64,000 bases of DNA, taken from contig OZ244070.1 in assembly GCA_965215605.1 (NCBI GenBank), positions 3,808,001 to 3,872,000 of the forward strand, given 5' to 3'. The notes below the pieces were generated by a model. That model was not told the DNA's origin, did not search any database, and was given only the letters and a program-made list of their open reading frames with translations. Position numbers and translations under genes: made by a program. Within the stretch, counting starts at the first letter, position 1. The number at the start of each line of letters is the position of its first letter. Of this stretch, positions 41,053-51,882 are shown piece by piece. The stretch comes from an uncultured Candidatus Binatia bacterium. GTDB taxonomy: Bacteria; Desulfobacterota; Binatia; UBA9968; JAJDTQ01.

Positions 41053-41958
41053 TCAGTCGTGAAAACGGGTCAACTCCACGAAGTGCCGATAGCGCTCATC
41101 GATCTCCATCCGGTCCATGGAGATCAGCCGCGCGGGCCCGAAATCTTCCACCGTGAACGAAGCGGTCACGTTGCCGTACACGATGGCGCGGCGCAACGCA
41201 TTCCCGCCCGCGCCATCGCCGGCGGCCAGACAGCCCATGAACGCCCCGGCAAAGGAGTCGCCGGCACCGGTGGGGTCCAGGACCTCCTCCAGGGGATAGG
41301 CCGGCACCACGAAGGTCGCGGCGTCCGAGAACTGGAACACGCCGTACTCGCCACGCTTGATGAGTACCACCCGCGGGCCCATCTTCAGGATGGAACGGGC
41401 GGCGCGGACGATGTTGTGGTCGCCGCTCAGCATGCGCGCTTCCGCGTCGTTGATGACCACGGTCTCCACCCGCTCCAGCACCTTCCTCAACTCTCCGGGA
41501 TTCTCGTGGATCCAGTGGTCCATGGTGTCCAGGGCCACCAGCCGGGGCTGCTTCAACTGCGACAGCACCTCCAACTGGGCCGCCGGGTGCATGTTGCCGA
41601 GAAAGGCGTACTCCGTGTCCTCGTAGCCGGCCGGCATCCGGGGGACGAAGTCCTCCAGCACGTTGAGCTGGACCTCCAGGGTATCGCGGACGTTCAGGTC
41701 TTCGTGGTATCGCCCGTGCCAGAAAAAGGTCTTGCCCTCGGCCCGCTGCAACCCCTCCAGATCCACCCCGCTGCGCGACAGCGCTGCCAGGTGCTCCTCC
41801 GGAAAATCCTCGCCCACCACCCCGACGATCCGTACCGGAGCGAAGAACGCCGCCGCCAACGCGAAGTAGGCCGCCGAGCCCCCCAGGACCCGGTCGGCAC
41901 GGCCGTGCGGGGTCTCGATGGAATCGAAAGCCATCGAGCCCACAACCAGAACACTCAT
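41053..41958 (-). CDS. PfkB family carbohydrate/nucleoside kinase
   Basis: LGGSAAY, INDAEA, DPTGAGDSFAG. Confidence 0.9.
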   Translation of the reverse strand: MSVLVVGSMAFDSIETPHGRADRVLGGSAAYFALAAAFFAPVRIVGVVGEDFPEEHLAALSRSGVDLEGLQRAEGKTFFWHGRYHEDLNVRDTLEVQLNVLEDFVPRMPAGYEDTEYAFLGNMHPAAQLEVLSQLKQPRLVALDTMDHWIHENPGELRKVLERVETVVINDAEARMLSGDHNIVRAARSILKMGPRVVLIKRGEYGVFQFSDAATFVVPAYPLEEVLDPTGAGDSFAGAFMGCLAAGDGAGGNALRRAIVYGNVTASFTVEDFGPARLISMDRMEIDERYRHFVELTRFHD

Positions 41959-42035
41959 ATGTTACAATCCTCCCGAGGCGCGGACGCCCCACACTCGCTC
42001 ATCCGCCCACGCTCCGCCATTCCCGGCGCCCCTTC

Positions 42036-42063
42036 CGTCATTCCCGCGAAAACGGGAATGACG
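42036..42063. repeat. REP-like palindrome (GTCATTCCCG family)
   Basis: CGTCATTCCCG-CGAAAA-CGGGAATGACG just after the mtnP stop. Confidence 0.75.
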
Positions 42064-42070
42064 ATTCCCA

Positions 42071-42946
42071 CTAGAGATACTTGTCCACCAGCGGGCCCAG
42101 CTTCTCGCGGGTCTCCTCCGGAATCACCGAGCGATCGGTGACGATGGCCATGGCCAGGGCCGTGGCGCAGGGACACGTCCGCTCGGGCGACAACCGCTCC
42201 AGCGTGCCCCGGATGATGCGCTTGGCCACGTCCGCGTTCTTCTGCAGCACCGCGATGATCTCCTCGATGTCCACGTCGCCGGCGGCTTCGTTCCAGCAGT
42301 CGTAGTCCGTCGACATGGCGATGGTGGCGAAGCAGATCTCCGCCTCCCGGGCCAGCTTGGCCTCCTGCAGGTTGGTCATGCCGATGACGTCCGCGCCCCA
42401 GCTCCGGTGGAGCGCCGACTCCGCCCGGGTGGAGAACTGCGGCCCCTCCATGCAAACGTAGGTGCCGCGGCCGTGCACCTCGATGTCCTCGGTGGCGGCC
42501 GCCTCCGCCACCACCGCGCGCAAGTCGTTGCAGAATGGATCCGCGAACTGGACGTGGGCCACGATGCCGTCGCCGAAGAACGTGCTCGGACGCCTGTAGG
42601 TGCGGTCGATGAACTGGTCCGGCAAGACCACGTGGCCCGGCTCGATCTCCATTCTGAGGCTGCCCACCGCGCTCACGGACAGCAGCCGCCCGACCCCCAG
42701 CTTCTTCATGCCGAAGATGTTGGCGCGGTTGTTGACCTCGGTGGGCAACAGCCGGTGTCCCTTGCCGTGACGCGGCAGAAAGGCCACTTCGAGCCCGTCC
42801 AGGGACCCCAGCACGAAGGCGCCGGACGGCGCGCCAAAGGGCGTTTCCAGCTCCACCTCGCGCACTCCGCTCAATCCGTCCATCTCGTAGAGGCCGGTAC
42901 CGCCGATGACACCCAACATCGTCTTCTGTTCCATGTTCCTGTCCAT
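42071..42946 (-). CDS. mtnP: S-methyl-5'-thioadenosine phosphorylase
   Basis: GVIGGTGLY, RHGKGH, SAVGSL, EGPQFSTRAES, IGMT, STDYDCW. Confidence 0.93.
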   Translation of the reverse strand: MDRNMEQKTMLGVIGGTGLYEMDGLSGVREVELETPFGAPSGAFVLGSLDGLEVAFLPRHGKGHRLLPTEVNNRANIFGMKKLGVGRLLSVSAVGSLRMEIEPGHVVLPDQFIDRTYRRPSTFFGDGIVAHVQFADPFCNDLRAVVAEAAATEDIEVHGRGTYVCMEGPQFSTRAESALHRSWGADVIGMTNLQEAKLAREAEICFATIAMSTDYDCWNEAAGDVDIEEIIAVLQKNADVAKRIIRGTLERLSPERTCPCATALAMAIVTDRSVIPEETREKLGPLVDKYL

Positions 42947-42968
42947 TACCAGCCCGGCCGGCGGCCGG

Positions 42969-44066
42969 TCATCCGATGCCGCGGAGCGCACCGGCCGGCG
43001 CCGCCTCCGCCGCGTGGTACAATTGTCCGCAGGCCGCCTGGATGTCATCGCCCCGCGGCCGCCGCACGTGGGTCTGAATGCCGCGGGCGCGCAGCGCCTC
43101 CCCGAAGCGTTCGACGACGGCTTCAGGCGGCCGGCGGCAAGCGCTCCCCTCGTGGGGGTTGAAAGGTATCAGGTTCACCTTGCAGCGTATGCCCCGGAGC
43201 TTCCCGGCCAGCTCGGCCGCGTCCGCCGCCAGATCGTTCAACCCGCTGATGAGCAGGTACTCGAAGGTGATGCGCTTGCGCCGCGGCACCGGCAGGGAGC
43301 GGCAGCATTCGAGCAACTGCGATACCGAATACTTCCGGTTGACCGGCATGAGCTCGGAGCGCACCGAATCCCGCACCGAATGGAGCGAGATGGCCAGATT
43401 GACACGGGTCTCCTCCATGAGCCGCCGCATCTGCGGCAACAGGCCCACCGTGGAAACCGTGATCTTGCGGGGCGAAATGCCCATGCCGCTATGGGCGTCG
43501 GTGATGACGTCCAGCGCCCCGCGTGTGGCGTCGTAGTTGGCCAACGGCTCGCCCATGCCCATGAACACCAGGTTCGAGATCCGCGTGCCGTCCGGACACC
43601 GGCGCTGCGCCTCCAGCACCTGGTCCACGATCTCCGCCTGAGTGAGGTTGCGCTTCAGGCCCATGCGCGCGGTGGCGCAGAACGTGCAACCCAGCCCGCA
43701 CCCCACCTGCGTCGACACGCACAGCGTCACCCGGTCCGGTTCCGGGATCCACACCGTCTCCACGACGCCGCCGTCGCGCAGGCGAAAGAGATACTTGACG
43801 GACCCGTCCCGGGATTCGAAGCGTCGGTGCACGACCAGGCTGCCCACCGAGAACTCCGCCGTCAGGGCCTGCCTCAGGTTCTTGGACAGGTCGGTCATGG
43901 CCTTGAACGATTCCACGCGCCTGAGGAACAGCCATCGTCTGATCTGGTCGGCCCGGTAGGCGGGAAGACCGCGGGCGTCCAGCCACGCGCTCAACTCCGC
44001 GTGGCTCAGGCCTTCGACGGGCCGCCGGGTGTCCGTTGTGTCGCTGCTGGGAAATGACATCGGCAA
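42969..44066 (-). CDS. rlmN: 23S rRNA m2A2503 methyltransferase
   Basis: CVSTQVGCGLGCTFC, MGMGEPLAN, AACGQL. Confidence 0.95.
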   Translation of the reverse strand: MPMSFPSSDTTDTRRPVEGLSHAELSAWLDARGLPAYRADQIRRWLFLRRVESFKAMTDLSKNLRQALTAEFSVGSLVVHRRFESRDGSVKYLFRLRDGGVVETVWIPEPDRVTLCVSTQVGCGLGCTFCATARMGLKRNLTQAEIVDQVLEAQRRCPDGTRISNLVFMGMGEPLANYDATRGALDVITDAHSGMGISPRKITVSTVGLLPQMRRLMEETRVNLAISLHSVRDSVRSELMPVNRKYSVSQLLECCRSLPVPRRKRITFEYLLISGLNDLAADAAELAGKLRGIRCKVNLIPFNPHEGSACRRPPEAVVERFGEALRARGIQTHVRRPRGDDIQAACGQLYHAAEAAPAGALRGIG

Positions 44067-44150
44067 TGCGCCTGCCGCCCCCTCGCTGGTGGCCCGGACC
44101 CCGCCGCGGCACGTGCGGCCTGGACTCTGCCGCGGCCCGGGGCCGAAATT

Positions 44151-44576
44151 CTACGACCCGGACGGCTGGATCTCGTCGTCGGCGAAGAAGAAGGCGATCT
44201 CGGCGGCAGCGGTCTCGGGAGCGTCGGAGCCGTGCACCGCGTTGGCCTCCACGTCGGTGCCCCAGTCCTTCCGGATGGTTCCCGGAGCCGCGTTGGCCGG
44301 GTCCGTGGCGCCCATGATCTCCCGGTTCCTGGCGATGGCTCCGTCGCCCTCGAGGACCGACACGAAGATGGGGCCCTTGGACATGTAGTCGGTCAGGGTG
44401 TTGAAGAACGGCCGCTCCCGGTGCACTTCATAGAAGGACTCCGCCCGCTGCTTGTCCAACCGGGTCAGCCTCGCGGCCACCACCTTGAGCCCTGCGTGCT
44501 CGAAACGGCTCAGGATGTCTCCGATGAGGCCCTTGCCCACGGCCTCCGGCTTGATGATCGATAGTGTTCGCTCCAT
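44151..44576 (-). CDS. ndk: Nucleoside diphosphate kinase
   Basis: [23 protein letters not shown]; forms the C-terminal part of track ORF 44151..45500. Confidence 0.96.
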   Translation of the reverse strand: MERTLSIIKPEAVGKGLIGDILSRFEHAGLKVVAARLTRLDKQRAESFYEVHRERPFFNTLTDYMSKGPIFVSVLEGDGAIARNREIMGATDPANAAPGTIRKDWGTDVEANAVHGSDAPETAAAEIAFFFADDEIQPSGS

Positions 44577-44581
44577 GGCTG

Positions 44582-45451
44582 CTATCCCAACGCCTCTTTC
44601 ATGGTTTTGCCAATGTCTGCCGGAGTCGGCGCCATGCGCACGCCCGCGGCGCGCAAGGCCTCGACCTTTTCCGCCGCCGTGCCCTTGCCGCCGGATATGA
44701 TGGCGCCGGCATGGCCCATGCGCTTCCCCGGCGGCGCGGTCTGGCCCACGATGAAGCCCACCACCGGCTTTCTCATGCACGCCCGGATCCAGTCCGCGGC
44801 GTCCTGCTCGGCGCTGCCGCCGATCTCCCCGATGAGCACCACGGCTTCGGTCTCGGCGTCGTCGTTGAACCGCTCCAGCACGTCGATGAAACTCAGCCCA
44901 CGGATGGGGTCGCCGCCGATGCCGACGCAGGTGGACTGTCCCATTCCCAGGCGCGTCAGCTGGTCCACCGCCTCGTAGGTGAGCGTGCCGCTGCGGGAGA
45001 TCACCCCGATGGCGCCGCGCTTGTGGATGTGTCCGGGCATGATGCCGATCTTGCACTCGCCCGGGGTGATGACGCCGGGGCAGTTGGGGCCCACCAGCAC
45101 CGTGCCGCGATCCTCGAGGTAGCGTTTCACCCGCATCATGTCCTGGACCGGCACGCCCTCGGTGATGCAGATCACCAGCGGGACTCCCGCGTCCGCCGAT
45201 TCCATGATGGCGTCGGCGGCGAACGGGGGCGGCACGTAGATGACGCTGGCGTTGGCGGCGGTCTCCAGGACCGCCTCCTCCACGCTGTCGAAGATGGGGA
45301 TGTCCTCGAAGGAGGCGCCGCCCTTGCCCGGGGTGACGCCGGCCACCATTTGGGTGCCGTACTCCTTGCACGCGCGGGTGTGGAACTGGCCCGTGGCGCC
45401 GGTGATCCCCTGGGTCAGCACTCGGGTCCCGGAGTTCACCAGGATGCTCAT
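44582..45451 (-). CDS. sucD: Succinyl-CoA synthetase alpha subunit
   Basis: [34 protein letters not shown]. Confidence 0.97.
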   Translation of the reverse strand: MSILVNSGTRVLTQGITGATGQFHTRACKEYGTQMVAGVTPGKGGASFEDIPIFDSVEEAVLETAANASVIYVPPPFAADAIMESADAGVPLVICITEGVPVQDMMRVKRYLEDRGTVLVGPNCPGVITPGECKIGIMPGHIHKRGAIGVISRSGTLTYEAVDQLTRLGMGQSTCVGIGGDPIRGLSFIDVLERFNDDAETEAVVLIGEIGGSAEQDAADWIRACMRKPVVGFIVGQTAPPGKRMGHAGAIISGGKGTAAEKVEALRAAGVRMAPTPADIGKTMKEALG

Positions 45452-46623
45452 GCCCGCCCCTCTTCCGCCTGCACGGCCTGGACGATCTTCTGCGCCGCAT
45501 CCGCGATGGTGTCCGCGGCGATAATGCTCAGGTCCGACTTCGACAACAGCTCCCTGCCCTGCTCCACATTGGTTCCCTGGAGCCGCACCACCAGTGGTAC
45601 GCTGACGCCGATTTCCCTGGCGGCGTCGATGATGCCCGCGGCGATGACATCGCAACGCATGATCCCGCCGAAGATGTTCACCAGCACGCCGCGCACCTTG
45701 TCGTCCGACAACAACAGACGAAAAGCCTGCCCCACCATCTCCTTGCTGGCGCCGCCGCCCACGTCGAGGAAGTTGGCCGGCATGCCGCCGTACTGCTGAA
45801 TGATGTCCATGGTGCCCATGGCCAGACCCGCGCCGTTGACCATGCAGCCGATGTTGCCGTCCAGGGCCACGTAGGAAATGCCCAGGTCCGCCGCCGCGAC
45901 CTCCTTGGGGTCCTCCTCGTTCACGTCCCGGAACTCCACCACCTCTTTTTGGCGGAAAAGCGCGTTGCCGTCGAAGTTCATCTTGGCGTCCAGCACCAGG
46001 AAGCGCCCGTCGTCGAGCTGGGCCAGCGGATTCACCTCGAGCTGCATGCAGTCGGACTCCAGGAACGCGCGGTACAGGTCCTTCAGCAGCGCGCCGAAGG
46101 CGCCGGCGTCCTTGCCGGAAAGACCCAGCCTGCCCGCCACGCGGCGGATCTGGAACGGCGCCACCCCTACGAGAGGATCCACCAGCTCGATGATGATCTC
46201 GTCGAGGGTCTCCTTCGCCACCTCCTCGATCTCCACCCCCCCCTCACGGCAGGCGATGATGGCGGGCTGTCCGGCCGCCGCGTCCATGACGATGCTGCAG
46301 TAGAGTTCTCTGGCGATGCGCGAGGCCTCTTCCACCCACAGGTGCCGGACCACCCTGCCCTCGGGGCCTGTCTGGTGCGTGACCAGAGGCTTTCCCAACA
46401 GACCCACGGCAAAGGCCTCTGCCTCCTCGGCCGTCTGGACGACCTTGACGCCGCCGGCCTTGCCCCGGCCGCCGGCGTGGATCTGGGCCTTCACCACGCA
46501 CGGGAAGCCGATCTCTTCGGCGGCCGCCCGCGTCTCGCCGGCCGTGGCCGCCACCCTTCCGCCCGGCACGGCCACGCCGAACCGGGCGAGCCACTGTTTT
46601 GCCTGATATTCGTGGATGTTCAT
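45448..46623 (-). CDS. sucC: Succinyl-CoA synthetase beta subunit
   Basis: [41 protein letters not shown]. Confidence 0.97.
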   Translation of the reverse strand: MNIHEYQAKQWLARFGVAVPGGRVAATAGETRAAAEEIGFPCVVKAQIHAGGRGKAGGVKVVQTAEEAEAFAVGLLGKPLVTHQTGPEGRVVRHLWVEEASRIARELYCSIVMDAAAGQPAIIACREGGVEIEEVAKETLDEIIIELVDPLVGVAPFQIRRVAGRLGLSGKDAGAFGALLKDLYRAFLESDCMQLEVNPLAQLDDGRFLVLDAKMNFDGNALFRQKEVVEFRDVNEEDPKEVAAADLGISYVALDGNIGCMVNGAGLAMGTMDIIQQYGGMPANFLDVGGGASKEMVGQAFRLLLSDDKVRGVLVNIFGGIMRCDVIAAGIIDAAREIGVSVPLVVRLQGTNVEQGRELLSKSDLSIIAADTIADAAQKIVQAVQAEEGRA

Positions 46624-46656
46624 GCGGTGCTTACGGAACGGAGGTCGGAGCCACGG

Positions 46657-47613
<957 letters not shown>

Positions 47614-48876
47614 TTACATGTTGGCGACGATGGCGTCGCCGAACTCCGAGCACTTCAGCAGCTTGGCGCCGGTCATCAGCCGCTCGAAATCGTAGGTTAC
47701 GGTCTTCTGCGCGATGGTTTCCTCCAGGCCCTGGATCACCAGGTCCGCGGCCTCGTCCCAGCCCAGGTGACGCAGCATCATCTCTCCGGACAGGATGACC
47801 GAGCCGGGGTTGACCTTGTCCTGTCCGGCGTACTTGGGCGCGGTCCCGTGGGTGGCTTCGAACAGGGCGTGGCCGCTGTCGTAGTTGATGTTGCCGCCCG
47901 GCGCGATGCCGATGCCGCCCACCTGCGCCGCCAGCGCGTCCGAGATCAGGTCGCCGGTGAGGTTCATGGTGGGGATCACGTCGAACTCGTCGGGGCGCGT
48001 GAGGATCTGCTGCAGGAAGGCGTCGGTGATGGCGTCCTTGATGAGGATCTGCCCCTCCTCCGGCCGGCCGCCGCAGTCTTCCCACGATATCACCTTGTCG
48101 CCGAACTCCCGCTTGGCCAGCGCGTAGCCCCAGCGCATGAAGGCGCCCTCGGTGTACTTCTGGATGTTGCCCTTGTGGACCAGCGTGACGTTGCGCCGGT
48201 TGTGCTCGACGGCGTAGCGGATCGCCGCCCGGATGAGCCGCTCCGACCCTTCGATGGAGATGGGCTTGATGCCGATGCTGGCGGTGTCGGGGAAGCGGAT
48301 GCTCTTGACCCCCATCTCGTCACGCAGGAACTTGACCACCTTCTCGGCCTCGGGGGTGCCGGTCTCCCACTCGATACCGGCGTAGATGTCCTCGGTGTTC
48401 TCGCGGAAGATCACCATATCCACCAGATGGGGCCGCACCACGGGTGACGGCACGCCCTTGAAGTAGCGCACGGGCCGGAGGCAGACGTAGAGGTCCAGCA
48501 CCTGCCGCAGGGTCACGTTGAGGCTGCGGAAGCCCTCGCCCACCGGGGTGGTCAGGGGACCCTTGATGGCCACCAGGTACTCGCGGATGACGTCCACGGT
48601 CTCCTGCGGCAGCAGGCTGGGCGGACAGTCGTCGCCGTACACGGTCTCGGCCTTCTCGCCCGCGTAGACCTCCATCCAGGATATCTTCTTCTTGCCGCCG
48701 TAGGCCTTTTCCACGGCGCCGTCCAGCACCCGGACCGCTGCCGCCCAGATATCGACGCCGATGCCGTCGCCTTCGATGAAGGGTATGATAGGGTTGTCGG
48801 GCACCTGCAGCTTGCCGTCGGAAAGCGAAACCTTGGAGCCCTCGGACGGAACATTGACGTGTAGATAGCTTGCCAT
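47614..48876 (-). CDS. icd: NADP-dependent isocitrate dehydrogenase
   Basis: [45 protein letters not shown]. Confidence 0.97.
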   Translation of the reverse strand: MASYLHVNVPSEGSKVSLSDGKLQVPDNPIIPFIEGDGIGVDIWAAAVRVLDGAVEKAYGGKKKISWMEVYAGEKAETVYGDDCPPSLLPQETVDVIREYLVAIKGPLTTPVGEGFRSLNVTLRQVLDLYVCLRPVRYFKGVPSPVVRPHLVDMVIFRENTEDIYAGIEWETGTPEAEKVVKFLRDEMGVKSIRFPDTASIGIKPISIEGSERLIRAAIRYAVEHNRRNVTLVHKGNIQKYTEGAFMRWGYALAKREFGDKVISWEDCGGRPEEGQILIKDAITDAFLQQILTRPDEFDVIPTMNLTGDLISDALAAQVGGIGIAPGGNINYDSGHALFEATHGTAPKYAGQDKVNPGSVILSGEMMLRHLGWDEAADLVIQGLEETIAQKTVTYDFERLMTGAKLLKCSEFGDAIVANM

Positions 48877-49133
48877 GGTTCTCCTCTGATCTCTCCTCTG
48901 ATCTTTGAGATGGCCCGAGGACCGCGGACGGTCTCGGTGATCCTGAATCCGGCAGCGGGCTCGGCGAGGCCGCCCATCCGGTCCAGGCCATGAGTGGGGT
49001 CTGAGTAGTCATTAACGAATCTCCGTTGGCGAGTCAAGGGAGAGCCCGGACCGCGCCGGCCCGCCAGCGCCGCTGCCATTTCCCCCTGAACCCGCTATAG
49101 TGATCGCCGCGGCGGGTTTTTCCGATTCGGAGC

Positions 49134-49859
49134 ATGGTCTTGAGCGTGCGGATGGACAAGGTGTCTAAGGTTTACGGGCTCCTGTGGGCGCTGAGAGAGG
49201 TGCGCCTGGAGATCGCGGCGGGAGAGTGGGTGGCGCTCCTGGGACCCAACGGTGCCGGCAAGACCACGCTCCTGCGGCTCCTGGCGGCGCTGTCCTACCC
49301 CACCTCCGGCGCCATCGAGCTGTTCGGACGCCAGCTCCCCTACGGCAACTCTCCGCTTCGCGGCATGATCGGTTTTCTCGCCTCCGGCGGCCACCTCTAC
49401 GACAACCTGACCGTCAGCGAGAACCTCCGGTTCTTCGTCTCGCTGTACCGCCGGGACGTTACGGCGGAGGAGCGGCGGGATGTCCTGGGCGAGGTGGGGC
49501 TGCACGAGAAGACCGGCGACTACGTCTCCACCCTGTCCCTGGGCATGCGCTGCCGTCTCGCCGTGGCCAAGTGGCGGCTGGTGAATCCCAGGGTGTTGCT
49601 GGTGGACGAACCCTACGGCGCCCTGGACCCCTCCGGCGTGGAGATGCTCGACCGGTTCCTGGAATCCCTCTGCGCCGGCGGCGGCATCGTGGTGCTGGCT
49701 TCCCATGACGTCCCGCGGGTGCTCAAGCGCTGCTCACGCGCCGTGATCCTGAACCGGGGCCGGATCGTCTTCGACGAGCCCCGGCAGGAGCCCTGGGACA
49801 GCTTCCACACAGCCTTCGACGCCCTCCTCTCTTCCCACGACATGGACGGCACACGTTGA
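49134..49859 (+). CDS. ccmA: Heme exporter ATP-binding protein
   Basis: GPNGAGKTT, LSLGMR, LLVDEP; first gene of the ccm cluster. Confidence 0.88.
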   Translation: MVLSVRMDKVSKVYGLLWALREVRLEIAAGEWVALLGPNGAGKTTLLRLLAALSYPTSGAIELFGRQLPYGNSPLRGMIGFLASGGHLYDNLTVSENLRFFVSLYRRDVTAEERRDVLGEVGLHEKTGDYVSTLSLGMRCRLAVAKWRLVNPRVLLVDEPYGALDPSGVEMLDRFLESLCAGGGIVVLASHDVPRVLKRCSRAVILNRGRIVFDEPRQEPWDSFHTAFDALLSSHDMDGTR

Positions 49860-50536
49860 CCGGCACCCTGAGACAGGTCTACTGGCTTCTCTGGAAAGAC
49901 CTCCTGCTGGAGGTGCGCCGCCGCGACAACCTGTTGTCGATGTTCTTCTTCGGCCTCTCGCTGCTCTTCCTCTTCTCGTTCGCCTTCGAGATCACCGCCG
50001 ACAACGTCGCCGGCATGGCGCCGGGGCTTTTGTGGCTCGCGTTCATGTTCAGCGGCACCCTGGCCCTCGGCCAACTCTTCCAGGGCGACCGCGAGAACGA
50101 CTGCCTGGACGCGCTGCTGCTGGCGCCCATGGACCGGGGCGCCTACTACCTCGCCAAGGTCCTCTTCAACTTCTCGCTCATGGCGCTGCTGGAGATCTTC
50201 ATCCTGCCGCTGTTCGGGATCCTGTTCCGCCTGGACTTCTGGCACCTGCTGCCCAACGTGCTGCTCTACACGCTCCTCGGCACCCTCGGCTTCTGTGTCG
50301 TGGGCGTCCTGTTCGCCGCGGTGACGCTGCGCGCCCGGGCCCGCGCCCTGCTGCTTCCCGTGCTGCTCTTTCCCCTGATGATCCCGGTGATCCTGGGCAC
50401 CGTCCGCACCCTCCAGATCATCCTGGGGGCGGGCGCCGCCCCCGATCTGGTGCCCTGGTTCCGTCTGCTGGTGGGCTTCGACCTGATCTTCGTCACCGCC
50501 GGCTTCCTGCTGCTGGAGTGGGTGCTCGACGGCTGA
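49856..50536 (+). CDS. ccmB: Heme exporter permease
   Basis: KDLLLEVR, PGLLWLA, DRENDCLDALLLAP, LLPVLLFPLMIP. Confidence 0.92.
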   Translation: MTGTLRQVYWLLWKDLLLEVRRRDNLLSMFFFGLSLLFLFSFAFEITADNVAGMAPGLLWLAFMFSGTLALGQLFQGDRENDCLDALLLAPMDRGAYYLAKVLFNFSLMALLEIFILPLFGILFRLDFWHLLPNVLLYTLLGTLGFCVVGVLFAAVTLRARARALLLPVLLFPLMIPVILGTVRTLQIILGAGAAPDLVPWFRLLVGFDLIFVTAGFLLLEWVLDG

Positions 50537-50584
50537 CCGCGATTGGGAACTGCCGCACGCGGGTGCTATCATCAACGATAACCC

Positions 50585-51265
50585 ATGGCTCGAAAAATTC
50601 TCGGTACTCTCACGCTCATTCTTATCGTCACGGGGCTGTACTGGGGTCTGGTGGAGGCGCCGCCGGACGCCCGGCAGGGCGAAACCCAGCGGATCATGTA
50701 TCTCCACATCCCCAGCATCCTGGTGGCGTACCTGTCGTTCTTCATCGTGTTCGTGGGGAGTTGCCTCTACCTGTGGAAAGGGGAACGCCGGGACGACAAC
50801 CTGGCCCACTCGGCCGCGGAGATCGGCGTGCTCTTTACCGCCCTTACCATCGTGGGGGGATCCATCTGGGGCAAACCCACCTGGGGGGTGTGGTGGACCT
50901 GGGACGCCCGGCTCACGCTCACCGCCATCCTGCTGCTGATCTTCACCGGCTACCTGCTGCTGCGGTCACTCATCGAGGACCAGCGGCGGGCGGCCGTGTC
51001 CGGCGCGATACTGGGCATCATCGGCTTCCTGGACATCCCGTTGATACACATGTCGGTGTACTGGTGGCGCACCCTGCACCAGCCCCCCTCCATACTGCGC
51101 CCCGACAAGGCGCCGTGGGACAACATCGATCCGGCCATGCTCTGGCCCCTGGGCATCAACTTCGCAGCCTTTCTGCTGCTGTTCTTCTACCTGTTGTCGT
51201 TGCGCATCCACCTGGGCGAGGTGGAGGAGCAGGCGCGTCGAAACCGGCTCTACGACGCGGCGTGA
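50585..51265 (+). CDS. ccmC: Heme exporter / cytochrome c biogenesis protein
   Basis: RIMYLHIP, WGKPTWGVWWTWDARLT, WWRTLHQ. Confidence 0.95.
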   Translation: MARKILGTLTLILIVTGLYWGLVEAPPDARQGETQRIMYLHIPSILVAYLSFFIVFVGSCLYLWKGERRDDNLAHSAAEIGVLFTALTIVGGSIWGKPTWGVWWTWDARLTLTAILLLIFTGYLLLRSLIEDQRRAAVSGAILGIIGFLDIPLIHMSVYWWRTLHQPPSILRPDKAPWDNIDPAMLWPLGINFAAFLLLFFYLLSLRIHLGEVEEQARRNRLYDAA

Positions 51266-51289
51266 CCGGCGTTTTGGGAGCGTGAATCC

Positions 51290-51445
51290 ATGGGACACTG
51301 GGGTTTCGTCTTTCTCGCCTACGGCATCGTCTGGTGCAGCATTCTGATCTATACCGTGCTCCTGAAACGGCGCATTCAGAAGGCGACGGCGACCCGCGGA
51401 AGGACTCCCCGTGCGTCAAGCGAGGTGGACGGACATGAAGCCTAG
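51290..51445 (+). CDS. ccmD: Heme exporter protein D (51 aa)
   Basis: Below the ORF-track cutoff. MGHWGFVFLAYGIVWCSILIYTVLLKRRIQK..., a TM segment plus basic tail between ccmC and ccmE. Confidence 0.8.
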   Translation: MGHWGFVFLAYGIVWCSILIYTVLLKRRIQKATATRGRTPRASSEVDGHEA

Positions 51446-51872
51446 GTATCTCATCGGCGGCCTGATCATCGTCGGCGGCCTGGCCTATCTCATCTACGGC
51501 GCCATGCAGGAAGCCGTGGTCTATTTCGTCACGCCCACCGAGCTGCGCTCCGAGACCACGCCGCCGGACCGGTTCCTTCGGGTGGGCGGCATGGTGCTGC
51601 CGGGCTCTCTCAAGAAGGACCTCGACCGGCGCACCTTCCGTTTCCGGATCACCGACGGCCAGGAGTCCCTCGCCGTGCGTTTCCAGGGCGTGCCGCCGGA
51701 TCTCTTCTCCGAGGGCAAGGGCGCGGTGGTGGAGGGACGGCTCAGCGACGACGGCGTCTTCAAGGCGTCCACCGTCATGGCCAAGCACGCCGAAGAGTAC
51801 AGCCCGCACCCGGAGGGCGAAGACCCGGCCGGCAAACGAAGCTTCGTGCCCGCTCGGCCCGCCGGCGGCTAG
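51435..51872 (+). CDS. ccmE: Heme chaperone
   Basis: YFVTP, RVGGMV, PDLFSEG, AKHAEEY (HxxxY). Confidence 0.94.
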   Translation: MKPRYLIGGLIIVGGLAYLIYGAMQEAVVYFVTPTELRSETTPPDRFLRVGGMVLPGSLKKDLDRRTFRFRITDGQESLAVRFQGVPPDLFSEGKGAVVEGRLSDDGVFKASTVMAKHAEEYSPHPEGEDPAGKRSFVPARPAGG

Positions 51873-51882
51873 TGGCCTGTCC

